Shown here one piece after another: positions 1-5,775 of a stretch of DNA of 39,370 bases; the first letter of the stretch is position 1, and each line of letters starts with the position of its first letter. The notes under the pieces are model-generated. The model searched no databases. It worked only from the letters and a program-made list of their open reading frames with translations, and had not been told where the DNA came from. Position numbers and translations under genes: made by a program. The DNA comes from a virus: IMG/VR virus record IMGVR_UViG_3300045988_022530, positions 1 to 39,370 of that record. One strand, 5' to 3'.

Positions 1-119
1 GTGCGGTACATTGTGATGCACTACACGGCAAACAACGGCGACACCGCGCGCAACAACTGCGACTACTACCACCGCGTGGGCGGCCTGCAGGCCAGCGCGC
101 ACTATTTCGTTGACGAGCA
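1..119. repeat. Terminal overlap, copy 1 (identical to 39252-39370)
   Basis: Base-by-base comparison gave 119/119 identity. The repeat lies inside the endolysin coding sequence and preserves its frame. Confidence 0.95.
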
Positions 120-813
120 TGGCGCGATGCAGTCCGTGCGCGAGGGCGACACGGCGTGGCACTGCGGCGCGCGGGCGTACTGGCATCCCGAGTGCCGCAA
201 CGGCAACAGCATCGGCATCGAGATGTGCAGCCGCAAGCGCGCCGACGGCAGCTACTACATCAAGCCGGAGACCGTGGCAAACGCCGCGGCGCTGGCGCGG
301 GAGATCATGCAGCACTATGGCATCGACACCGACCACGTGCTGCGGCACTACGACGTGACGGGCAAGCGCTGTCCCATGCCGTGGGTGGACGACCCGGCGC
401 AGTGGACGGCATTTAAGGATATGCTGACGCCGAAAAACACTACTACAGACGAGGAGGACGAGGATGACATGGTGAGGTACAACAAACTCGAGGACGTGCC
501 CGCGTGGGCGCGCAGCACGATCAAAGAGATGATGGACGCAGGTCTGATCTCCGGCACGGGTGGTGGCAATCTTGACCTGTCCGCCGATATGCTGCGGATG
601 TTATACGTCATTTGGCGTATGCGTGATACGCGCTATGGCCGTATCGTGGACGGCAAGGTGACTAATGTGCCCGACTGGGCGCTCGACAGCTTGCAGGCGC
701 TTGCGGATAAAGGCGCGCTTGCTGGCGTGGGTGATGGCAAACTTAACTTGTCCATGGACATGATGCGGACGCTGGTCGTGTGTCAGCGGATGATGGACGG
801 TGACGCTAAGTGA
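1..813 (+). CDS. N-acetylmuramoyl-L-alanine amidase endolysin (Amidase_2/PGRP-type) with two C-terminal 57-aa repeats. The 5' end is at 39195 across the circular junction.
   Basis: Motifs HYTANNG, AHYFVD, DTAWHCG, NSIGIEMC and LRHYDVTGKRCP are typical of the amidase_2 fold. Tandem repeats start VPAWARS (nt 496) and VPDWALD (nt 667). The frame is continuous with the ATG at 39195. Confidence 0.9.
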   Translation: MRYIVMHYTANNGDTARNNCDYYHRVGGLQASAHYFVDEHGAMQSVREGDTAWHCGARAYWHPECRNGNSIGIEMCSRKRADGSYYIKPETVANAAALAREIMQHYGIDTDHVLRHYDVTGKRCPMPWVDDPAQWTAFKDMLTPKNTTTDEEDEDDMVRYNKLEDVPAWARSTIKEMMDAGLISGTGGGNLDLSADMLRMLYVIWRMRDTRYGRIVDGKVTNVPDWALDSLQALADKGALAGVGDGKLNLSMDMMRTLVVCQRMMDGDAK

Positions 814-1127
814 CTACATATCAGTGGCTTTGCCTGCTGGGCATCCCGTCGCTGCTGATCGCGGCGCTGCTGGCCATGATCCGGCATCTGGCGGCGCAGA
901 TCCAGCACGATCGCGCGGACACAGCGGCGACCAAACTGGGCGTACAGGCCCTGCTGCGGGCGCAGATGATATCCGACTACAACAAATGGTCCGACCGGGG
1001 CTATGCCCCGATCTACGCAAGGCAAAATTTTGAAAATTGTTGGGGGCATTACCACACGCTTGGCGCGAACGGCGTGATGGACGATATCCATGCAAAATTT
1101 TTGCAGCTCCCGACGCAGGAAAAATGA
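810..1127 (+). CDS. Membrane-anchored lysis-cassette protein (N-terminal TM helix); function unknown, possibly a holin accessory
   Basis: GTG start overlaps the endolysin stop (GTGA). N-terminal hydrophobic helix WLCLLGIPSLLIAALLAMI. It sits between the endolysin and the holin. Confidence 0.6.
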   Translation: MTTYQWLCLLGIPSLLIAALLAMIRHLAAQIQHDRADTAATKLGVQALLRAQMISDYNKWSDRGYAPIYARQNFENCWGHYHTLGANGVMDDIHAKFLQLPTQEK

Positions 1128-1146
1128 AAAAGAAAGGACGATAAAA

Positions 1147-1410
1147 ATGGAACTTGGAATTGCATCTGTGGCGGCGATCACCGCCATCGCGTATCTGCTG
1201 GGCATGGCCGTCAAGGCCACCAGCGTGGCTGACAAATGGATCCCCATCATCTGCGGCGCGGCCGGCCTGATCCTCGGCGTCGTCGCCTGGGCGATGGGCG
1301 TGCCGGACTTTCCTGCGCACGACTGGCTCAACGCTGCGGCCGTCGGCATCGTGTCCGGCTGGGCGGCTACGGGCCTTAACCAGAGCGTCAAGCAGCTGAC
1401 CGAGAAATAA
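1147..1410 (+). CDS. Holin (small 2-3 TM protein, SPP1/LL-H-like class)
   Basis: ATG at 1147 follows AAAGAAAGGA. 87 aa with hydrophobic segments IASVAAITAIAYLLGMAV, IPIICGAAGLILGVVAWAM and AAAVGIVSGWAATGL, and a charged C-terminus. The longer ORF from 1090 lacks an SD. Confidence 0.75.
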   Translation: MELGIASVAAITAIAYLLGMAVKATSVADKWIPIICGAAGLILGVVAWAMGVPDFPAHDWLNAAAVGIVSGWAATGLNQSVKQLTEK

Positions 1411-1419
1411 TAATTAAGA

Positions 1420-1458
1420 AACGCCTGAGAGAACCAATGTTCTCTCAGGCGTTTTTCA
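1420..1458 (+). terminator. Rho-independent terminator of the lysis operon
   Basis: Perfect 15-bp stem AACGCCTGAGAGAAC / GTTCTCTCAGGCGTT with loop CAAT, followed by TTTTT. Confidence 0.85.
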
Positions 1459-1535
1459 TCAAATAAGAGTATGAAACGGAGTTTGAAATAGGACTAAATT
1501 TGTCTGTATTTCACTGCATTTTTCATTTTTAGGGC

Positions 1536-1587
1536 AAAAATCAGAGAACCGGAAAACACTGATTTATCAGCATATTCCGGCTCTCTT
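1536..1587 (-). terminator. Terminator hairpin directly downstream of the tRNA 3' fragment (would terminate the reconstituted tRNA gene after integration)
   Basis: Minus strand: AGAGAGCCGGAA ... TTCCGGTTCTCT (12-bp stem, 1 mismatch) followed by GATTTTT. Confidence 0.55.
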
Positions 1588-1630
1588 TGGTCCGAGTGAG
1601 AAGATTCGAACTTCCGGCCTCTTGAACCCC
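1588..1630 (-). other. 3'-terminal fragment of a tRNA gene (T-arm, acceptor 3' strand, discriminator, CCA); probable attP core
   Basis: The minus strand reads GGAAG-TTCGAAT-CTTCT-CACTCGG-A-CCA, with a canonical T-loop. No complementary 5' acceptor strand (CCGAGTG) lies within 100 nt upstream, so it is not a complete tRNA. Confidence 0.7.
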
Positions 1631-1702
1631 ATTCATACGAGAATGTAGTGTTTTCAATGCTTTGCTGGTTTGGAGTTTGAAACGAGTTTGAAATAGGATT
1701 TT

Positions 1703-2851
1703 CTAAATTGCGTCCGTTATCTTCCGAAGGTCGTTTAGATCCACGTCCTGATAATAGCGCGTCATAGATATGTCGGTGTGACCGATCAGCTCCAGCATAT
1801 CCTTTTCCGGTGCTTTGATGCGCTTGGCCAGTGTTGCGAATGTGTGACGGCAGGAGTGCGGCGTGTACTTATGGCGTTTGACGCCACCAGCCACTTCCAC
1901 GATCGGATTGTCGATGCCGGCGGCTTCGAGCGCCGGATAAAATGCGCGGTCTGTAAATGCACGGAGCGTCCACGAATTGCCGGATTCATCGCAAAACAGC
2001 GCGCCGCTGCTGCGGCCGCCAGCGACGTGGTCGACGATGGCCTGAATCTTCGGGGACACGGTGACGGTACGGCCTTTTCCGGCTGCGGTCTTCGCGCCGC
2101 CGACCAAGCAGTGCTGCGCGCGGTTATAATTCTGCACGTCCAGCGCAAGAAATTCGCTCGGCCGGAAGCCCAGGTAGATCATGCAGTACACATAGTCTGC
2201 ATATGGCACGACACCGACGGCCTGCCGGATCTTTTCGATTTCAATGTCCGTGAACGACGGCCGGTGCGCGGCAGCTTCGCCTTTGACGGACAGGAACTGC
2301 GCCAGATTCAGGTTCTCCGGGATCAGGTGGCGCGGGATGCCGTACTTATACATCAGGCCGCAGGTGGCGCGCATATTTTCCTTGGTGCGCTTTCCACGTG
2401 GGCATTCGTCGATGCAGTCCTGCAGGTCGTCAATATCCACGTCAGATATTTTCATCATCCAGATTGGCGTAAAATATTTGATGGCAGCACGGTAGCACCC
2501 CAGCGTGGAATCGTCCGCCTTATGCGTGGGAAACCATGCATCATACAATTCCTTAAACGTTGGATCGCGGCGCTTTGCCTGCGCCTTTTTCAGATCCGGA
2601 AGCGCCGCGAGCGCTTCTTTTTTCGTGACAAAGCCGCACTTCGTGCGCGTTTTTCGGCGCATTGTTCCGTCTGACTGCACAATATACCCAAGCGTCACAC
2701 TGGCACGCCATGTGCCGTTTGCGGCCTTATACACATATCCCTGCCCGTTTCCGCGCTTTTTCCGGCGCGTGATGGGCGTTTGCGGCTTTCCGCAGGCGCA
2801 GCAGAACCGGCTGCCGTCCGGGATCTGCGCGCCGCATTTTTTACATTGCAT
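1703..2851 (-). CDS. int: Tyrosine-recombinase integrase with N-terminal zinc-ribbon
   Basis: Catalytic motifs GFRPSE (Arg I), HSCRHTF (H-x-x-R) and GHTDISMTRYY (His/Tyr). N-terminal CKKCG...CCACG zinc ribbon. SD AGGGGG lies upstream of the ATG. Confidence 0.92.
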   Translation of the reverse strand: MQCKKCGAQIPDGSRFCCACGKPQTPITRRKKRGNGQGYVYKAANGTWRASVTLGYIVQSDGTMRRKTRTKCGFVTKKEALAALPDLKKAQAKRRDPTFKELYDAWFPTHKADDSTLGCYRAAIKYFTPIWMMKISDVDIDDLQDCIDECPRGKRTKENMRATCGLMYKYGIPRHLIPENLNLAQFLSVKGEAAAHRPSFTDIEIEKIRQAVGVVPYADYVYCMIYLGFRPSEFLALDVQNYNRAQHCLVGGAKTAAGKGRTVTVSPKIQAIVDHVAGGRSSGALFCDESGNSWTLRAFTDRAFYPALEAAGIDNPIVEVAGGVKRHKYTPHSCRHTFATLAKRIKAPEKDMLELIGHTDISMTRYYQDVDLNDLRKITDAI

Positions 2852-2957
2852 TTTTTATCCCCCTATGATACCATAAAGGGGCAGTTACCCCTTTAATTGC
2901 GATTGGTGGTTTTCTGCACGGCCGTCTCGGTGTTCCAGCACCGGGGCGGCTTTTTTA

Positions 2958-3626
2958 TTAAAAGATGAGGGCAATGGCGATGGCGAGCGGCACATACATG
3001 AGATAAAAGCATCTATGATATAGCTTTAACTGCTCCTCCATGGCTTGTATGCGCGCATCGATCTTATAAAACGCTCTCTGAGATTCTTTTTCGAGCCACT
3101 TCTTCCGTTCCGGCAATGGAAGCGGCAGACCAAAATCGTCTTTAAGCTCAGGGATACGGTGCTGCCTCTCTGCATCTGGTTCTTCCTCGTAGTCAAAGCC
3201 ATACCACGGGATATCAAAATGAAAGTACCCGCGCTTGATGAGCGCGTTCGATTCAAAAAACAGCGCAAAAAACAGCGCAACTGACGCAGCCAAAAAGACA
3301 TAGAGCAGGATGCCTTTTACGGAGTCCGGAACCAGCTTTTTGCACACTGCGGCGGAGAAAGCGGCGCAGCCGAGCAAGCACGCAGGCCACTGGGAGTTCT
3401 CCTCAGCCTCCTGTACAAAGGACGTAAGCCTTTTGAGGCGCACACATCGATGCAAAAGCCAGAAGTAGTCGTCCGAAAAAACATCGTATTCCGAGAGACG
3501 CGGCAGCTCAAAATCCTTGTCCAGGTCGATATGAATCTCCCCGGCGCGGTAGAGGAACGCGCAGACGAATGCGGAGAGCGCTACGGCGCAGAGCGTGAGA
3601 ACAATAGGCAGCACCATCCACCACAT
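2958..3626 (-). CDS. Four-TM membrane protein of unknown function (lysogeny-region accessory gene)
   Basis: Start MWWMVLPIV at 3626 follows SD AAAGGTG. A good promoter lies inside the longer ORF (to 3707), which argues for the shorter start. Predicted TM helices at the N-terminus, at WPACLLGCAAFSAAV, at ILLYVFLAASVALFFALFF and at the C-terminus. Lower GC than the genome bulk (by eye). Confidence 0.7.
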   Translation of the reverse strand: MWWMVLPIVLTLCAVALSAFVCAFLYRAGEIHIDLDKDFELPRLSEYDVFSDDYFWLLHRCVRLKRLTSFVQEAEENSQWPACLLGCAAFSAAVCKKLVPDSVKGILLYVFLAASVALFFALFFESNALIKRGYFHFDIPWYGFDYEEEPDAERQHRIPELKDDFGLPLPLPERKKWLEKESQRAFYKIDARIQAMEEQLKLYHRCFYLMYVPLAIAIALIF

Positions 3627-3657
3627 TGAGACCACACCTTTCAAATGTTTTCGCTTA

Positions 3658-3686
3658 ATTTTACCATGCTGCGCAGGAGATGTCCA
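3658..3686 (-). promoter_or_regulatory. Sigma-70-type promoter for the membrane-protein gene
   Basis: Minus strand TGGACA - 17 nt - TGgTAAAAT (extended -10), about 30 nt upstream of the ATG at 3626. Confidence 0.55.
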
Positions 3687-3765
3687 CTGAATTACGCTGT
3701 ATTGCATGGCATATTTTTTGGCATTCTATCTATACGGGATCGCGTTTGAAGAAAATAACAAAAAG

Positions 3766-3783
3766 TGTGCAGCATCCTGCACA
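3766..3783. promoter_or_regulatory. Palindrome TGTGCAG-catc-CTGCACA in the divergent intergenic region; candidate operator
   Basis: Perfect 7-bp inverted arms with a 4-bp spacer, between the divergent membrane-protein and XRE genes. Confidence 0.35.
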
Positions 3784-3825
3784 TTTCCAACACGAGGCCG
3801 AAAAAATGTGATAGGATTGCGTCAA

Positions 3826-4017
3826 ATGATAAATCATGTGCGCGAATATCGGGAGTACAAGGGCGTCAGCCTGCGATGGTTGGCCAGAAAGGTGGGGTGC
3901 GGGGCAAGCACAATCAGCGCGATCGAAAGGGGGAAATGTGTTCCCAGCGTTTATCTGGCGCTGCGGATCGCAAATGCGCTGGGGACGTCTGTCAGCGACC
4001 TATGGGGAAAGGAGTAG
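3826..4017 (+). CDS. Small XRE-family helix-turn-helix regulator
   Basis: MINHVREYREYKGVSLRWLARKVGCGASTISAIERGKCVPSVYLALRIANALG is a typical Cro/C1 HTH. Alternative GTG start at 3808. The long ORF from 3706 is unsupported. Confidence 0.75.
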   Translation: MINHVREYREYKGVSLRWLARKVGCGASTISAIERGKCVPSVYLALRIANALGTSVSDLWGKE

Positions 4018-4019
4018 TT

Positions 4020-4121
4020 GTGGAAAAGCGAGATTATATAATAGAGTGCATCATCGCATTGCTTCGGTGCTTGCCGGAAGGGAAACTGATGACAGTGCTC
4101 TCGTTTGTAGAAAATATGTAA
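4020..4121 (+). CDS. Tiny ORF (33 aa) coupled to the XRE gene; function unknown
   Basis: GTG lies 5 nt after AAAGGAG. It encodes VEKRDYIIECIIALLRCLPEGKLMTVLSFVENM and is followed immediately by a terminator. It is below the ORF-track length cutoff. Confidence 0.4.
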   Translation: MEKRDYIIECIIALLRCLPEGKLMTVLSFVENM

Positions 4122-4123
4122 TG

Positions 4124-4163
4124 GAAAAGGAAGGCGCGGCTCAACCGTTGCCTTCCTTTTTTG
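4124..4163 (+). terminator. Rho-independent terminator for the XRE/tiny-ORF transcript (right arm lies in the 3' end of the convergent repressor gene)
   Basis: GAAAAGGAAGGC ... GCCTTCCTTTT followed by a T run. Confidence 0.6.
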
Positions 4164-4515
4164 TGGCGTCTGCTACTTGTGCGACAAATGTTTCCACAAC
4201 AGGCCACATCTCGTCCGGGAGATCTGCCATTGTACGGAGGACACGCTTTTGCGCGCAGTCACCGCGATTGAGAGCTTTTGCGACAAACGCAGAAATAATA
4301 CCGTCGTCATCCTGCGGCGTGTCATCAATCAAATAAGAGACAGGGACACTAAAAAGCTGTGCGATAGCCTTTACCTTCGACGCTGGGATATCATCCACGC
4401 GTCCGCATTCCCACTTGCTTACTGCATTCTTTTTTACGCCCAGGCGCTCCCCGAGCTGCGTCTGCGTAAGCCCGAGCAAAGTTCTGTGATATTTTATTTT
4501 TTCGCCAATCGTCAT
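4141..4515 (-). CDS. CI-like phage repressor (XRE HTH N-domain plus C-terminal domain)
   Basis: IKYHRTLLGLTQTQLGERLGVKKNAVSKWECGR is an HTH. The gene is transcribed divergently from the cro-like gene. Confidence 0.85.
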   Translation of the reverse strand: MTIGEKIKYHRTLLGLTQTQLGERLGVKKNAVSKWECGRVDDIPASKVKAIAQLFSVPVSYLIDDTPQDDDGIISAFVAKALNRGDCAQKRVLRTMADLPDEMWPVVETFVAQVADATKKEGNG

Positions 4516-4546
4516 TGCTGTTTTCCTTTCACAATATTGTATCTTA

Positions 4547-4574
4547 ATAATAACACAAAAAATTTGAAAGTCAA
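4547..4574 (-). promoter_or_regulatory. Leftward (repressor) promoter
   Basis: Minus strand TTGACT - 16 nt - TGtTATTAT, upstream of the repressor ATG at 4515. Confidence 0.55.
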
Positions 4575-4585
4575 CAAAAAGTATC

Positions 4586-4613
4586 TTGACAAGCAGAAAA
4601 AAGCGCGTATAAT
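4586..4613 (+). promoter_or_regulatory. Rightward early (lytic) promoter
   Basis: Consensus TTGACA (4586-4591) - 16 nt - TATAAT (4608-4613), 46 nt upstream of the cro-like ATG. Confidence 0.75.
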
Positions 4614-4636
4614 GAAAGTATCCTGAAAAGGTGAAT
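4613..4636. promoter_or_regulatory. 24-bp operator-like repeat, copy 1 (TGAAAGTATCCTGAAAAGGTGAAT), overlapping the start of the early transcript
   Basis: 23/24 identical to 4864-4887. It shares the core GTATCYTRA with 4539-4547 and 4581-4589. Confidence 0.55.
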
Positions 4637-4659
4637 TACGAAGTGTTGGAGGTGATACT

Positions 4660-4866
4660 ATGCAGGCGAATATGCTGAAAGGCAAGCTGGCCGAAAACGG
4701 CATGACTCAAGCGGCTGCGGCCGAAAAAATCGGGATTAGCTTCAGCCGATTTAATGCGAAGATCAATGAAACGCGAGGCGCGGAGTTTTCACTCGGTGAG
4801 GTTTTGGCGCTGAAGAACGTTTTGAATCTCAGCCCGGAACAGATAGACCAAATTTTTTTCACTTGA
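4660..4866 (+). CDS. Cro-like small HTH regulator (DUF739-like)
   Basis: 68 aa, LKGKLAENGMTQAAAAEKIGISFSRFNAKIN...IFFT. First gene of the rightward operon. SD GGAGGTG. Confidence 0.75.
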   Translation: MQANMLKGKLAENGMTQAAAAEKIGISFSRFNAKINETRGAEFSLGEVLALKNVLNLSPEQIDQIFFT

Positions 4867-4887
4867 AAGTATCTTGAAAAGGTGAAT
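4864..4887. promoter_or_regulatory. 24-bp operator-like repeat, copy 2 (TGAAAGTATCTTGAAAAGGTGAAT), between the cro-like and xis-like genes
   Basis: 23/24 identical to 4613-4636, 251 bp downstream. Confidence 0.55.
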
Positions 4888-4913
4888 CGCAATATAAGAA
4901 AGGGAGGGAGACC

Positions 4914-5132
4914 ATGACACTGGAAGAACTGGCCGCGAAGCCGTCGGAAATCCTGACGTGCGCGGACGTGGCGCCGCTGCTGGCCTGCAGCCCGTGGACG
5001 CTTCACGAACAGGCGATGGAAGACCCGTACGCGCTGGGCTTCCCGGTGATCGTCGCAAAGCGGCGTGTGAAGATTCCGAAGCGGGCATTCATCCGCTTTA
5101 TGCGCGGAGAGATGGAGGGAGAGAGGACATGA
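4914..5132 (+). CDS. Excisionase-family / MerR-like HTH DNA-binding protein (candidate Xis)
   Basis: LTCADVAPLLACSPWTLHEQA...GFPVIVAKRRVKIPKRAFIRFMRGE matches the excisionase-type pattern. SD AGGGAGGGAG. Confidence 0.6.
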   Translation: MTLEELAAKPSEILTCADVAPLLACSPWTLHEQAMEDPYALGFPVIVAKRRVKIPKRAFIRFMRGEMEGERT

Positions 5133-5284
5133 AGGTATTCGGCAATCCGGCCACGAAGGCCAAGATCCGCCGCTACATCGTGTGGGGCATCGAGGACGGT
5201 ATCGTCTGCGCGGCCTTTTTGGGCGGCATCACACTGGCCGGGTGGGTGTTCCACGTGATTTTCGCGGCGCTGGGGGTGGCATGA
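5129..5284 (+). CDS. Small membrane protein (51 aa)
   Basis: ATGA overlap with the upstream stop and a strong SD. Hydrophobic segment IVCAAFLGGITLAGWVFHVIFAALGV. Confidence 0.55.
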   Translation: MKVFGNPATKAKIRRYIVWGIEDGIVCAAFLGGITLAGWVFHVIFAALGVA

Positions 5285-5775
5285 TGTTCACGCCTGAAGA
5301 ACTGGCCGCGATGCGCGCGGCCGACGAGGAGATCGACCGGACGTTCGAAATGACGGAAGACGACCTGCAGCTGTCGCGGGCGATTGACCAACAGGCGCGG
5401 CAGGAGCGAAGCAAGTGCGCGGCGCCAAAACCGCGCACGGAGGAGCAGCGCGCGCGCGCCCGTGCCTACCAGAAGAAGCGGTACTGGGAGAAGCACGAGG
5501 AAGTGCTGGCATACCGCCGCCGGTACTACGCCGAGCGCCGGGAAGACCGCGCGGCCGAAACGGCCGCATACCGCAGGCGGAAGCTGGCCGAGGCAAAAGC
5601 GAACGGCCCGACCTATTTCAGCCTGTGGCTGAAACAGAACGGCATCACGCAGAAAGAAGCCGCTGAGCGGCTGTGTGTGTCGCTGAACTGCGTTACCTGC
5701 TGGGCTGCCGGGATTTTCCGCCCGAAGGTGGACAAGATCCGCGCGGTGTGGCCGGAGTACGGAGGCGAGACATGA
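5281..5775 (+). CDS. Hypothetical early protein with Arg/Tyr-rich helical repeats and a C-terminal HTH
   Basis: Repeats AYQKKRYWEKH / AYRRRYYAERRED / AYRRRKLAE, then LKQNGITQKEAAERLCVSLNCVTCW. The start may be 5284. Confidence 0.6.
   Translation: MMFTPEELAAMRAADEEIDRTFEMTEDDLQLSRAIDQQARQERSKCAAPKPRTEEQRARARAYQKKRYWEKHEEVLAYRRRYYAERREDRAAETAAYRRRKLAEAKANGPTYFSLWLKQNGITQKEAAERLCVSLNCVTCWAAGIFRPKVDKIRAVWPEYGGET

Larger units (their letters stand above)
1473..1709. other. attP region: tRNA-derived core flanked by direct arm-type repeats
   Basis: The 15-mer GAGTTTGAAATAGGA occurs at 1479-1493 and 1684-1698, and GAGTTTGAAA again at 1673-1682. CTAAATT follows both long copies. The tRNA 3' fragment lies between them and the integrase gene is immediately adjacent. 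Confidence 0.7.

Noticed and set aside
1-119. The terminal repeat as a physical phage direct terminal repeat or cos region
   Set aside because: It lies in the middle of the endolysin coding sequence, far from the terminase genes. An assembly overlap of a circular or permuted genome is the simpler explanation.
1588-1700. A complete tRNA gene on the minus strand
   Set aside because: Only the T-arm, acceptor 3' strand and CCA are present. No complementary 5' acceptor strand (CCGAGTG) or D-arm lies at the right distance. I interpret it as an attP core fragment.
3627-3825. Longer versions of the two divergent ORFs (2958-3707 minus and 3706-4017 plus)
   Set aside because: The upstream extensions overlap each other's promoter region. 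A good promoter and SD for the membrane gene lie inside its extension. The XRE extension encodes non-HTH junk ahead of a typical MINHV... start.
5673-5771. N-terminal extension of the C5 methyltransferase ORF, which might have supplied the missing motif I
   Set aside because: The extension (MCVAELRYLLGCRDFPPEGG...) overlaps the 3' end of the upstream gene in another frame and has no FxGxG motif. The SD plus ATG at 5772 is coupled to the upstream stop.
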